Source: Candidatus Omnitrophota bacterium (lineage in GTDB: Bacteria; Omnitrophota; Gorgyraeia; Zapsychrales; Aceulaceae). Taken from it: 64,000 nucleotides of DNA. Location of the stretch: assembly GCA_028693815.1 (NCBI GenBank), contig JAQUUP010000005.1, positions 104-64,103 on the forward strand, written 5' to 3'. Made by a program: the position numbers and the translations under genes. This document shows positions 1 to 9,540 of the stretch, piece by piece (position 1 is the first letter of the stretch; every line of letters begins with the position of its first letter). The notes under the pieces were generated by a model. It searched no databases, had not been told where the DNA came from, and worked only from the letters and a program-made list of their open reading frames with translations.

Positions 1-984
1 TCGTTTTGCGTTTTAGGTCCTTTCGTATCAAGGCTGAGACGAGCAAAAGTTTCTTTGCCGGGAGGCTGTGTCATTGGGGTCAGGCCTGTTGATTTGCATC
101 TCAAGGGACTTAAAGCACTGAATGTTAAAATTAAAATTGAAAATGGTTATGTTTTTGCCAAAGCAAAGAATTTAAAAGGTGCGCGTATTTATTTGGGTGG
201 GGTTTTTGGATCGTCGGTTTTAGCAACAGCAAACATTATGATGGCAGCGGTGATGGCTGAAGGAAAAACAATTATTGAGTCTGCTGCTTGTGAGCCAGAA
301 ATTGAAGACTTAGCAGATTTCTTGATTAAAATGGGCGCAAAAATAAAAGGACAGGGAACACCACGGCTTATGATCACTGGCGTTAAGAAGCTTCATGGGG
401 CTGACCATCGCATCATTCCTGATCGCATCGAGGCAGGGACGTTTATTCTTTTGGCTGTCGCAACGAGAAGCGATATTGTTGTTCGGGGAGCTTGTTCAAA
501 TCATTTGTTAGCTTTGATTGATACTTTGGAAGAGGCGGGTGTTCAGTTTAGTTATACTGACGATGTGATTCGTGTTAAAGCAAAATGCGCCATAACGCCT
601 GTGAGTGTTACAACGTATCCTTACCCTGGTTTTCCAACGGATTTGCAGGCGCAATTTATGGCGCTGATGACACTGACACCGGGTGTCAGTGTCATTACCG
701 ATAAAGTGTATCCTGATCGTTTTATCCATATTGCAGAGCTTAATCGCATGGGGGCAAACATTCGTCGAGAAGGCATTAACGGGATTGTCCAAGGGGTTAA
801 GTGTATTTATGGAGCGCCAGTTATGGCCTCTGACTTAAGAGCATCAGCAGCGCTTGTCATTGCTGGATTAGCCGCTAAAGGAAAAACAGAAATTCATCGT
901 ATTTATCATCTTGAGAGAGGATATGAGGATTTGGAGAAGAAGCTAGCACAGCTCGGTGCAAGAATTTCACGACAAAAAGAGTAA
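1..984 (+). CDS. murA: UDP-N-acetylglucosamine 1-carboxyvinyltransferase, 5'-truncated by the window edge
   Basis: The reading frame is open from base 1. The translation contains PGGCxIGxRPVDLH, a MurA hallmark, and has the expected C-terminal length. Confidence 0.85.
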   Translation, partial: SFCVLGPFVSRLRRAKVSLPGGCVIGVRPVDLHLKGLKALNVKIKIENGYVFAKAKNLKGARIYLGGVFGSSVLATANIMMAAVMAEGKTIIESAACEPEIEDLADFLIKMGAKIKGQGTPRLMITGVKKLHGADHRIIPDRIEAGTFILLAVATRSDIVVRGACSNHLLALIDTLEEAGVQFSYTDDVIRVKAKCAITPVSVTTYPYPGFPTDLQAQFMALMTLTPGVSVITDKVYPDRFIHIAELNRMGANIRREGINGIVQGVKCIYGAPVMASDLRASAALVIAGLAAKGKTEIHRIYHLERGYEDLEKKLAQLGARISRQKE

Positions 985-986
985 AA

Positions 987-1550
987 ATGATTTTAATGAT
1001 TGATAATTATGATTCCTTTACTTATAACTTAGTTCAGTATTTTTCAGAATTAGGAGCAGATCTAAAAGTTTTTCGAAACGATAAAATTACGCTTGATCAG
1101 ATAAAGAAAATGAACCCAAGTCGAATTGTCATTTCTCCGGGGCCAGGCCGACCAGAAGTTGCAGGCATATCTGTTGATTTAATCAAAGAATTTTCATCCC
1201 AAATTCCTATTCTTGGTGTTTGCTTAGGTCATCAAGCGATTGGGTTTGCTTTTGGTGGTAAAATTAAGCATGCCAAAAAATTGATGCATGGTAAAACATC
1301 TCTTGTTTATCATGACGAAAAAGAAATTTTTAAAGGATTAACTAATCCTTTTGAGGCAACACGATATCATTCTTTGGTGATTGATTCTAAGACGCTTCCA
1401 AAGTGCTTAGAGATAACAGCTAAGACACAGGACAAGGAAATCATGGGCATACGGCATAAAAAGTTTCCTCTTTGGGGTGTTCAGTTTCATCCAGAATCAA
1501 TTTTGACAAAACAAGGCAAGGCTTTGCTCAATAATTTTCTTACTATTTAA
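987..1550 (+). CDS. trpG: anthranilate synthase component II (glutamine amidotransferase, class I)
   Basis: 187 aa with the catalytic LGVCLGHQ Cys motif and an FHPES tail. It is followed directly by trpD. Confidence 0.85.
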   Translation: MILMIDNYDSFTYNLVQYFSELGADLKVFRNDKITLDQIKKMNPSRIVISPGPGRPEVAGISVDLIKEFSSQIPILGVCLGHQAIGFAFGGKIKHAKKLMHGKTSLVYHDEKEIFKGLTNPFEATRYHSLVIDSKTLPKCLEITAKTQDKEIMGIRHKKFPLWGVQFHPESILTKQGKALLNNFLTI

Positions 1551-1554
1551 ATCT

Positions 1555-2562
1555 ATGTACGATTACATTAATAAAATTCAATGCAAGCAAGACTTAACGT
1601 CTGAAGAGATGTCCGGCGTGATGCGACGCATTATGACAGGAAATGTTCCCCGGGAAGAATTGTTGGCTTTCTTGTTTGCCTTACGCGAAAAAGGCGCAGG
1701 GATTAATGAAATCACAGGCGCGGCAAGGATCATGCGTGAGTTTGCTATTTCGGTTGATACGGACAAGGATGTCGTTTTAGATACCTGCGGAACCGGTGGC
1801 GATCGTGCGGGTACCTTTAATATTTCCACCGTCGCGGCGTTTGTGGTGGCAGGCACAGGGTGCGTTGTGGCCAAACATGGCAATCGATCGGTTTCAAGTA
1901 AATGCGGTAGCGCGGATGTTCTAGAATATCTTGGAGTCGATATTAATATGAGAGTGGATCGTTTGGCCGAATGTCTTCAAAAGGTGGGCATCGCTTTTTT
2001 ATTCGCGCAAAATCTTCATCCAGCGATGCGTTATGCCGCTGCGGTGCGTAAGGAGCTCGGCGTTGAAACCATTTTTAATGTCTTGGGTCCATTAACCAAT
2101 CCGTCAAAAACTACGCATCAAATGATGGGTGTTTATAGCAAAGATTTAGTGGAACCGATGGCATATGTCTTAAAAAATTTAGGACTTAAAAAAGCATTGG
2201 TTGTTCATGGAGTTGATGGTCTTGATGAAATTACTACAACTGCCAAAACTTTTGCTAGCGAATTTAATGGAACAGAAGTTGTCAGCTATGTCATTTCTCC
2301 GGAAAAATATGGCATTCCATATGCTTCTCTAAAAGATGTTCTCGGTGGCGATCTTGATGTTAACGCCCAAATTCTTCAAGATGTCTTAGGTGGAAAAAAT
2401 GGTTTTAAACGAGATATTGTTGTCTTAAACGCAGCGCATGCGCTTTATGTTGGTGAAGTAGCTGATTGTGTGGAGCAAGGCATTGAACTTGCCAAGCATT
2501 CCATTGATTCAGGTAAAGCTTTAGAGAAGCTAGAGCTTTTAAAGCAGTACACTAATCAATAA
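1555..2562 (+). CDS. trpD: anthranilate phosphoribosyltransferase
   Basis: 335 aa with the GTGGD glycine-rich motif. Its position in the operon fits. Confidence 0.9.
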   Translation: MYDYINKIQCKQDLTSEEMSGVMRRIMTGNVPREELLAFLFALREKGAGINEITGAARIMREFAISVDTDKDVVLDTCGTGGDRAGTFNISTVAAFVVAGTGCVVAKHGNRSVSSKCGSADVLEYLGVDINMRVDRLAECLQKVGIAFLFAQNLHPAMRYAAAVRKELGVETIFNVLGPLTNPSKTTHQMMGVYSKDLVEPMAYVLKNLGLKKALVVHGVDGLDEITTTAKTFASEFNGTEVVSYVISPEKYGIPYASLKDVLGGDLDVNAQILQDVLGGKNGFKRDIVVLNAAHALYVGEVADCVEQGIELAKHSIDSGKALEKLELLKQYTNQ

Positions 2563-3344
2563 TGAATGATTTTCTTAGTAAAATTTTATTGCATAAAAAA
2601 GAATTGATCTTAAAAAAGAAAGATTTCTTTAATGCTCTTAAAAATAAATTAAAAGATAAAGAGCATTCATGTTATTCTCTTTTTGAAAAAGCGATTTCTT
2701 CTCCTGGAAAAATTAGTCTGATCGCTGAAATAAAAAAAGCTTCGCCATCGAGAGGCCTGATTTGCAAAGAATTTAGTGTTTCTGGTCTTGCAAGAAAATA
2801 TGTTAAAAGTGGCGCTGCGGCAATATCAGTTTTGACAGAAGAAAAATTCTTCTTAGGAAAACCGTCTTATGTTCGAGAGGTCTCTGATCATTTTGCCATT
2901 CCTGTTTTAGCCAAAGATTTCTTTATTGATGAATTGCAAGTTTATGAGGCGTTTGCTCAAGGGGCAAGCGCTATTCTTTTGATTGTAGCTATTCTAAAGG
3001 ATGAAGAGATTACGCATTTGATGAAAATCGCTCACAATCTCGATATGGATTCTCTTGTTGAAGTTCATGATGAAGAGGATCTTAAGCGGGCAGTTGATTT
3101 AGGCGCTAAAATTATAGGCGTTAATAATCGCAATCTTAAAACGTTTGAGGTTGATTTTAAGAATTGTGAAACACTTGTTCCAAGAATTCCAAAAGACAGA
3201 ATCATTGTTGCGGAAAGTGGCATTAAAACGCACGAGGAAATAGAAATATTAAAAGCCTTAAGGGTCGATGCCGTTTTGATTGGAGAAACATTTTTGCGAT
3301 CGGCTGATGTTGAGACAAAAATTAAGGAGATTATGAATGGGTAG
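2562..3344 (+). CDS. trpC: indole-3-glycerol phosphate synthase
   Basis: 260 aa with an EIKKASPSRG motif. Start and stop overlap the neighbouring genes, which suggests translational coupling. Confidence 0.85.
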   Translation: MNDFLSKILLHKKELILKKKDFFNALKNKLKDKEHSCYSLFEKAISSPGKISLIAEIKKASPSRGLICKEFSVSGLARKYVKSGAAAISVLTEEKFFLGKPSYVREVSDHFAIPVLAKDFFIDELQVYEAFAQGASAILLIVAILKDEEITHLMKIAHNLDMDSLVEVHDEEDLKRAVDLGAKIIGVNNRNLKTFEVDFKNCETLVPRIPKDRIIVAESGIKTHEEIEILKALRVDAVLIGETFLRSADVETKIKEIMNG

Positions 3345-3963
3345 GGTCAAGATTTGCGGCATAACAAATAAAAGAGATGCGCTTTGTGCCAGTTCGTTGG
3401 ACGCATGGGCATTAGGATTTATTTTTTATAAAAAAAGTTCACGTTATATCAGTCCTCAGGATGCTCAGAACATTATTGAGGCTTTGCCAAAGAATGTTCT
3501 GTCGGTTGGTGTCTTTGTTGATGCGCAAAAAGAAGAAATTGACGCTGTTATTAAAGATTGCAGGTTAAAAGTTGTCCAGTTTCATGGCAACGAAACACCT
3601 TTGTTTTGTTCTCAATTTAAAGCTGTTAAGACGATTAAGGCTATTCGCATTAAGAGCAAAGAGGATCTTGTAAAAGCTTTAAAATACAAAACAGATTATT
3701 TGCTTTTTGATACTTTTCAAAAAGATGCTTTTGGTGGCACAGGCAAAGTTTTTGACTGGGAGATTCTTAAGAGTTCAAAATTAAAGGGAAGAAAGATTGT
3801 TCTTTCTGGAGGCCTGAATCCAAAGAATATTGCTGGGGCAATTTCTTCGGTGAAAGCTTATGCGTTTGATGCTTCAAGCGGGGTGGAACGTAGGCCTGGC
3901 AAGAAGTGTCAGAGGTTGTTAAAGAAATTTTTTTCAGAAGTAAATATAAAAAATAAACAATAA
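3337..3963 (+). CDS. trpF: phosphoribosylanthranilate isomerase
   Basis: 208 aa with a KICGIT N-terminus typical of PRAI. It is the last gene of the 5' half of the trp operon. Confidence 0.85.
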   Translation: MGRVKICGITNKRDALCASSLDAWALGFIFYKKSSRYISPQDAQNIIEALPKNVLSVGVFVDAQKEEIDAVIKDCRLKVVQFHGNETPLFCSQFKAVKTIKAIRIKSKEDLVKALKYKTDYLLFDTFQKDAFGGTGKVFDWEILKSSKLKGRKIVLSGGLNPKNIAGAISSVKAYAFDASSGVERRPGKKCQRLLKKFFSEVNIKNKQ

Positions 3964-4045
3964 AAAACTAACAAATTCCCAGCAATATTCAATGCGCTGG
4001 GCTTTGTTTATTTTGCATTGTAAATTCTTGAGAGGAGTTGAAAGA

Positions 4046-4714
4046 ATGAGCAAGATCGTTTTTGATATTGAGACTTTTGGACAGGATTTTGATTCTTTAG
4101 ATGAGAAATCGCAAGAATATTTCTTGAGGTTTGCAAAGACCGATCAAGAAGCTGAGGACGCAAAAAATAGCCTTTCGTTTTATCCTGTGACAGCTCAAAT
4201 TATTACAATTGGCATGTTGGATGTGGATACCAATAAGAGCTTTGTTTTTTTTCAAAATGACGGAAAAACTCAGAAGATTCAAGAGGATAATGTTGTTTAT
4301 ATTTCGGGAAGCGAAAAAGAAATCTTAGAGCATTTTTGGAAGCTGATGGACAAGGCTAATATTTTTATTACGTTTAATGGGCGCACGTTTGATTGTCCGT
4401 TTGTCATGATTCGTTCGGCTATCAACTCTGTGCGGGCGACAAAGGATTTGATGCCGTATCGCTATAAGCAAGGACCGCATGTTGATCTGATGGATCAGCT
4501 TACTTTTTATGATGCAATGCGAAGAAAGTTTAGCCTTGATATGTGGTGCAAGGCTTTTGGTATTCAAAGCCCAAAAGAAAAGGGGATAACTGGTCTTGAA
4601 GTTAAAGATTTCTTTAAAGATGGCCGCTATATGGATATTGCGCGTTATTGCGCCAGAGATCTTTTGGCGACCAAAGAACTATATATGTATTGGGATAAAT
4701 ACTTAAAGGTATAG
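4046..4714 (+). CDS. RNase H-like (DEDDy) 3'-5' exonuclease, PolB-exonuclease-related family protein
   Basis: The translation contains FDIET (an Exo I DxE motif) and YCARD (an Exo III YxxxD motif). An AGGAG RBS lies 8 nt upstream of the ATG at 4046. The ORF track opens at 3992, but that start lacks an RBS. Confidence 0.6.
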   Translation: MSKIVFDIETFGQDFDSLDEKSQEYFLRFAKTDQEAEDAKNSLSFYPVTAQIITIGMLDVDTNKSFVFFQNDGKTQKIQEDNVVYISGSEKEILEHFWKLMDKANIFITFNGRTFDCPFVMIRSAINSVRATKDLMPYRYKQGPHVDLMDQLTFYDAMRRKFSLDMWCKAFGIQSPKEKGITGLEVKDFFKDGRYMDIARYCARDLLATKELYMYWDKYLKV

Positions 4715-4764
4715 GTGTATTTAGATTTTTTCTTTTTCCGATCTTTCCTTGCCTACCTTGTTAT

Positions 4765-4786
4765 TTGCCAAACCATATGCTATATT
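4765..4786 (+). promoter_or_regulatory. putative promoter with extended -10 (TGcTATATT) and upstream TTGCCA
   Basis: The sequence ATGCTATATT occurs here and is nearly identical at 5113 and 15963. The -35/-10 spacing is non-canonical, so the extended -10 is the main signal. Confidence 0.35.
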
Positions 4787-4792
4787 TTAATT

Positions 4793-4992
4793 GAGCCGAT
4801 AAAGGTAAACTCGGGGAAACCCGAGGGCACAAAACCACAGACCTAAGTTGTCTGAAGCACTTTGCGCCCTTTGTCCGGAGTGGCAGAAGGGTAATCGAAC
4901 CGATTGGGTAGACGTGGATGGCAAGAGGGTGGCTGGGTTACCGAAGAGTAGTAGAATAGAGGAGAAATCCTAGCTTTTGTCGGCTCTTTTTT
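4793..4992 (+). ncRNA. candidate structured ncRNA or riboswitch-like element of unknown family
   Basis: A long-range closing helix pairs GAGCCGAUAAA (4793) with UUUGUCGGCUC (4976-4986) and ends in a U-tract. Internally there is a GAAA-tetraloop hairpin (CUCGGG-GAAA-CCCGAG), a further hairpin (CAGAC...GUCUG) and G/C-rich segments. No long ORF overlaps it. Confidence 0.45.
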
Positions 4993-4999
4993 CTTAAAA

Positions 5000-5037
5000 C
5001 TCGCAATTTCCTATAAATGGCGAGATTTTTTATTTTT
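5000..5037 (+). terminator. intrinsic terminator-like hairpin plus T-tract
   Basis: The sequence is CTCGCAATTT-cctat-AAATGGCGAG followed by ATTTTTTATTTTT. Confidence 0.5.
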
Positions 5038-5094
5038 AGAGCTAAAACTCTCTATAATTCAATAGGTATATCGCAATAATTTTATGCTCAAGAC

Positions 5095-5122
5095 TTGAAA
5101 TTCTCTTAAAATATGCTATATT
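5095..5122 (+). promoter_or_regulatory. putative sigma70 promoter of the giant1 gene (TTGAAA-16-TATATT with TGc extended -10)
   Basis: TTGAAA lies at 5095-5100 and TGCTATATT at 5114-5122. Confidence 0.45.
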
Positions 5123-5273
5123 TGATACGAAATTCAGTAAGCTATATAAGTTTTTATTCTATTTCATTTATTCTCGCCACGGAAAAAAGTGTAACCTGTT
5201 TTTTAAAAATACGGTATAAATTTTTTTCAACTTATGGCCCTTGCGGCAAGCTAATCTAATGAGGAGAAAACCC

Positions 5274-8200
5274 ATGATTGTGTATTTCGAAAAGTCTCAA
5301 AAAAGTCTTGCGTCTAAAATTGTATCTATTTTTATTGCTGTTTGTTTTCTTTTAAGCTCTATCGCGCCTAGCTACGCCCAGAGTCTGTCTGCGCTTCCTG
5401 TGCCAGGGACGATTGTTAGCCCAACACCCGGATTCTTTCCTGTGTTGGTCAGAGCTTTAGAGATCAACCCAGAGAATCCTTTGCAATTTGGCTTTATTGT
5501 AGACAACGGAGACACTGAGTTTCAAGGAGAAGACCTTACCGAAGAAGCCAAGAAGCTGATTCGCTATTTTCTTGCCTGTCTGACAACTCCTGAAGAAGAT
5601 ATGTGGGTCAACCTTTCTCCTTATGAAGAAAACCGTATTGTTTCTGATAATCTCGGCAAAACTCAAATGGGCCGCGACCTTTTAGCTCAAGACTATATTC
5701 TAAAGCAATTGACCGCTTCTCTGATTTATCCAGAGGACGAGCTTGGAAAGAAGTTTTGGGACAAGATCTACAAAACAGTTTATGAGAAGTTCGGTACCAC
5801 AGACATTCCTCTTAATACCTTTAATAAGGTCTGGATTGTCCCAAAGACAGCTAAAGTTTATGAGCATGATAATAGAGTTTTTGTGATTGATAGCAAGCTT
5901 GAAGTTATGATGGAAGAGGATTTCCTCGCGCTATCGCGCTCGCGTGAAATGTTAAAAGTGAAAAGTGAAGCGCACGATTCACGCTTCACGAGCGACGCTT
6001 CACAAAACAAATTGGCCTCAGATATTGTCCGCGAAATCCTTATTCCAGAGATTGAAAAAGAAGTCAATTCTGGCAAAAACTTTGCTAATCTTCGTCAGAT
6101 CTATAATGCTATGATCTTAGCGGCTTGGTACAAGAATAACCTTAAAGAGAGCCTTCTAGGCCAGATCTATGTGGATCAGGGAAAGACCAAGGGTATTGAG
6201 ATTAAAGATACAGATGCCACCCAAAAAATCTACGATCAATACATCGAATCTTTCAAAAAAGGTGTCTACGACTATATAAAGGTAGAGCATGATGCCCAAA
6301 CAGGCAAAAATATCCCAAGAAAATACTTTTCTGGTGGTGCCACGGCTTTTTCTTCAAGCGGCATTCCGTTAAGAGGTATGGTTCAGAATGTTGTGCCAGC
6401 GAGAAGCGATATGGATGCAAATGGTGTCCATGGCCGAAAAGGTGGCGATTTTACAAAAATTGATATTGGGCTTGGTGAGATTGGGGATGTGGAAGGTCAA
6501 TCCAGCTCCGGCATTGGAAAGCCATCAAGAAAAGATATTGCCGAAAGCGTTGAGAAAGGGATAACGTTTGTTCTCGAAGAAATAGATGCCGGAGGAGAAG
6601 TTGATTTATCTGAGACATTGCGTGGAATGGGATTTGCGACATCATCTGATGCGGAGAGCCTGAGATTTTTTTTGGAAAACCGCTGGACGGTTTCTTTGGG
6701 TTCCTGGGAGATGATGGATATTGATCAGACTACTGGTCACATGGTTGTTAATTTAGTAAAGGCTAGTTTTGCCAGCTCGGGTATTCTGACTGTTGATGAT
6801 TTTATGAATGATATCATTTCAATTATTGGATCTGCAATGTCAGATTTAGAAGGAGTGCATCGTATTTATATTTCTCCAAAAGGAAGCGGCTCTGGGTGGA
6901 ATTTCTTATCTGTTGAAGAATTTAAAAAGGTAATGGCAAAAGATTTTTCTGGGGTTGGAAATGTTTTAAGTTTGATGTCTAGCCTTGATGTTGGTTTGCT
7001 ATACGGAAAATCAATTTTTGTTCAATTATCAGAAGGTGAGAATAGATACTTAGCTTCTTATAATGGCAAGAAAATGCCTGGAGATGTAACAATCCAAGAA
7101 GCACTTAACAAAAAAGTTCAAGACCTTAACAATCTTCGCAAGTTGGGAGTTGAAGTGACTCAAACCCCACCCACCGCTGCAGCGATCTCATTGCTAAAAA
7201 CTCCTAGTGATGTTGTAGCATCTGCGGTTGAAGAATATGGCATGTTTCTGCAGAATACTTCAGGAAGATTTGAGGGAGACGATCAAAATACCCCATATCG
7301 TGATACTGATGAAAAAATTCGATGGCCTGAAGGTAAATGGCCTTTGTACATTTTCTTAGGGGATTTAACGGCCAATGGGTTGGGGCTTCGTCTTAATGAC
7401 GAAAAGACAGCTTATGTGGGTGTTCAGTTGGGATCTTATGGAACGTGGACAGATAATTTTCAGGATATTTTCATTCCAGTTGAGATTAAAGTCGTGTCTT
7501 CAGGGCTAAAAACTTATCACGATGTCGTAAGTTATTTAAGTGGGCAAGAAGGGGTAAACTTTGATAATATTTTCGGAAAATTTGGTGACGAGAAGATCCC
7601 TTATAAGGATTGGGGATCTTATAGTTCTCAGTTGCCATCGGAAATCTTTGCGATTGGAAGAGAGGGCTACGTGTTTCAAAAAGGTCCTGATGGGTATGAG
7701 CCAACAGATAGCCCAGGTGATTTCGATGAGCCGGCTGATCCCCTTAAGCAATTGCCAACGGCTACTAGAGCCTCTTCAGACATAAAGACTGATACTAAGC
7801 CTTTTGGAGGTGGAAAAATTTTATTTAGCCGTTTTGATCCTCGAGCAAAGGAAACGGTTCATGAGTTTGGGTTTCCTGGCCATGATCCTGATTGGACGTT
7901 TAAAGAGTCTGGAAACACTGTTTATGACTCTTCTGCTGAGATTATAGATAGAAGAAACGCATTATTAGGAGGAAAAAAATCCAGCTCAAATGTTACCAAT
8001 CGTTTGCAACTCGAGAACGCCATTAGACAATTTATCGTTACAGTTGTCAGAAAAGCATCAATTGATTCAATTAGTCAGATTCATATTGATAAAACACCAG
8101 TAGGAAATGGTGTGGAGCCTGGGGATTTTATATGGATTCAATCTCGTGTCGAGGAAGCTTATGGAGTTTCTGTTGGCGAGGAGTTTTCAATTTTACCAGT

Positions 8201-8900
8201 AAGAAATCTTGTTGATTTTGTTGAGAAAGAAAGCCCGATCCTTATTTCTCAAAGAATCATTGAAGATCCTTCTGTTCAGGTTCGCATGATCGATGCTAAA
8301 AGGCCACTTGATACAGACCAGATTGAAAAATTGGCATTTGGTGGACAGATTACAAGCCTTTATTCTCCTAAAGAGGAAAAGACATTGCATATTTTGGTTC
8401 AAGGAGTTGGAGGGACTCGTGGCGTTGTAAGAGCGTATGTAGAAAACGGGAATACTGTAGACTCTAATGTTACGCTGTATAATCCATCTGAAGACGCAAT
8501 TCTTCTTAGAGGTTTTAGAGTCTTTGAAGAGATTCGTTTTGCTTTAGTGAAAAATGGACTTGGTGATGCGATGATGGGAAAACATTATCCTAATAATCAA
8601 GTTTCGTCAAATACTGGTGGTATTAATCTTGATGCTGGGCTTTTGGATCTTCAAATTGAACGCGATGGAAACGGTATGCCTTTGCCATTTGCGCAACAAC
8701 CGCTTGGAATAATGAATATCCAAGGATTTTCATTTTATATTATGAGTGTCACAAATGTTCCGAGCATGCTTTTGATTTCAGGGTTGGTGCCTAATAATCA
8801 GGATGAGAAAACCGTCTCAGCTGAAAGCACGTTTGAACAAGCGTTGGTTGAAAAGAAGTTCCGATTTGTAGCAGATGACCCACGCAGAATATGTGCTTAA
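5274..8900 (+). CDS. giant secreted protein (1208 aa), paralog 1, with the shared N-terminal module
   Basis: A GAGGAG RBS precedes the ATG at 5274. The product has a signal peptide (MIVYFEKSQKSLASKIVSIFIAVCFLLSSIAPSYAQS). The ORF is uninterrupted. The N-terminal ~370 aa align clearly with the 16017 protein (LPVPG, ENPL, WVNLSPYEENRIV, GRDLLAQDYILKQ, FNKVWIVPK, NKLASDIVREI, NFAxLRQIYNA, PRKYFSGG). Confidence 0.85.
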   Translation: MIVYFEKSQKSLASKIVSIFIAVCFLLSSIAPSYAQSLSALPVPGTIVSPTPGFFPVLVRALEINPENPLQFGFIVDNGDTEFQGEDLTEEAKKLIRYFLACLTTPEEDMWVNLSPYEENRIVSDNLGKTQMGRDLLAQDYILKQLTASLIYPEDELGKKFWDKIYKTVYEKFGTTDIPLNTFNKVWIVPKTAKVYEHDNRVFVIDSKLEVMMEEDFLALSRSREMLKVKSEAHDSRFTSDASQNKLASDIVREILIPEIEKEVNSGKNFANLRQIYNAMILAAWYKNNLKESLLGQIYVDQGKTKGIEIKDTDATQKIYDQYIESFKKGVYDYIKVEHDAQTGKNIPRKYFSGGATAFSSSGIPLRGMVQNVVPARSDMDANGVHGRKGGDFTKIDIGLGEIGDVEGQSSSGIGKPSRKDIAESVEKGITFVLEEIDAGGEVDLSETLRGMGFATSSDAESLRFFLENRWTVSLGSWEMMDIDQTTGHMVVNLVKASFASSGILTVDDFMNDIISIIGSAMSDLEGVHRIYISPKGSGSGWNFLSVEEFKKVMAKDFSGVGNVLSLMSSLDVGLLYGKSIFVQLSEGENRYLASYNGKKMPGDVTIQEALNKKVQDLNNLRKLGVEVTQTPPTAAAISLLKTPSDVVASAVEEYGMFLQNTSGRFEGDDQNTPYRDTDEKIRWPEGKWPLYIFLGDLTANGLGLRLNDEKTAYVGVQLGSYGTWTDNFQDIFIPVEIKVVSSGLKTYHDVVSYLSGQEGVNFDNIFGKFGDEKIPYKDWGSYSSQLPSEIFAIGREGYVFQKGPDGYEPTDSPGDFDEPADPLKQLPTATRASSDIKTDTKPFGGGKILFSRFDPRAKETVHEFGFPGHDPDWTFKESGNTVYDSSAEIIDRRNALLGGKKSSSNVTNRLQLENAIRQFIVTVVRKASIDSISQIHIDKTPVGNGVEPGDFIWIQSRVEEAYGVSVGEEFSILPVRNLVDFVEKESPILISQRIIEDPSVQVRMIDAKRPLDTDQIEKLAFGGQITSLYSPKEEKTLHILVQGVGGTRGVVRAYVENGNTVDSNVTLYNPSEDAILLRGFRVFEEIRFALVKNGLGDAMMGKHYPNNQVSSNTGGINLDAGLLDLQIERDGNGMPLPFAQQPLGIMNIQGFSFYIMSVTNVPSMLLISGLVPNNQDEKTVSAESTFEQALVEKKFRFVADDPRRICA

Positions 8901-8929
8901 CCAAATTCAACCTACGAGGTTGAACGCGG
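8899..8929 (+). repeat. REP-like palindromic repeat, family 1, copy 1
   Basis: AACCAAATTCAACCTACGAGGTTGAACGCGG. It begins at the giant1 stop codon. Confidence 0.85.
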
Positions 8930-9011
8930 CATCATATTAAGCAGGTATTTATTGAATATTTGTTACCCACGAAGAGTTAGTTTTCTAAGCTAACGGGTAG
9001 TAGGTGTAAGA

Positions 9012-9044
9012 GGGGCCCCCGAAAATTCGGGGGCCCTTTTTTTT
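9012..9044 (+). terminator. strong rho-independent terminator
   Basis: GGGGCCCCCG-aaaatt-CGGGGGCCC followed by eight T. It lies downstream of giant1. Confidence 0.85.
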
Positions 9045-9071
9045 GGCTCAACAAGGCAAGTTATGCTAATA

Positions 9072-9104
9072 AACCAAATTCAACCTACGAGGTTGAATGC
9101 GGTT
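9072..9104 (+). repeat. REP-like palindromic repeat, family 1, copy 2
   Basis: AACCAAATTCAACCTACGAGGTTGAATGCGGTT. Confidence 0.85.
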
Positions 9105-9167
9105 ATTCTAAGGTTTTAGCCTAAAAATAAATTTGGCTAGATATCCTTTTATGATATAATGCCATTC

Positions 9168-9473
9168 ATGAGCGAGAAATTAATTCGTATTTATAAGAAA
9201 TTTCATGTTGATGAAGTCAAAGAGCATGTATTGGTTTGTGGTGATTTGTCGGCTAATTGTTCAAAATGCAATGCCGTTGGCATTAAGACTAACGCAGACA
9301 AATGTCCTGAATGTGCAACAAAGTTTAAGTATGTGACCTTCCGAAATGTTAGAGGCAATATGCCAAAGATTCATAAGCTGATTGATGAAAGATCAGATCT
9401 AGTTTTTATTGATTATGATGATTTTAATCGTGCGACAGGATCTTTAAAGATCGAAGGATTATTTAATGACTAA
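9168..9473 (+). CDS. small zinc-ribbon protein (Cys cluster CxxxxxxCxxC...CxxC), hypothetical
   Basis: The ORF is about 100 aa and lies between REP copies 2 and 3. A TATAAT-like box lies upstream. The ORF track starts at 9159, but the Met at 9168 also fits. Confidence 0.55.
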   Translation: MSEKLIRIYKKFHVDEVKEHVLVCGDLSANCSKCNAVGIKTNADKCPECATKFKYVTFRNVRGNMPKIHKLIDERSDLVFIDYDDFNRATGSLKIEGLFND

Positions 9474-9485
9474 ACTGATTCAGGC

Positions 9486-9518
9486 AACCGAATTCAACCT
9501 ACGAGGTTGAACGCGGTT
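9486..9518 (+). repeat. REP-like palindromic repeat, family 1, copy 3
   Basis: AACCGAATTCAACCTACGAGGTTGAACGCGGTT. Confidence 0.85.
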
Positions 9519-9540
9519 AAAAAAGATAATATGATGACAC

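Noticed and set aside
985-1000. A trp attenuator or T-box leader before trpG
   Set aside because: trpG starts 3 nt after the murA stop, leaving no room for a leader. Regulation must occur elsewhere.
4793-4992. Identification of the structured RNA as tmRNA, RNase P RNA, SRP RNA or 6S RNA
   Set aside because: It lacks the tRNA-like CCA end and resume codon, the RNase P P4 consensus, the SRP domain IV motif, and a 6S-type central bubble of the right size. The family is left open.
5241-5273. The upstream ATG at 5241 as the start of giant1, and 3992 as the start of the exonuclease gene
   Set aside because: The internal Mets at 5274 and 4046 are each preceded by a good GGAG-type RBS at 7-8 nt. 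In giant1 the signal peptide begins right at the 5274 Met. The longer extensions add basic, non-signal residues.
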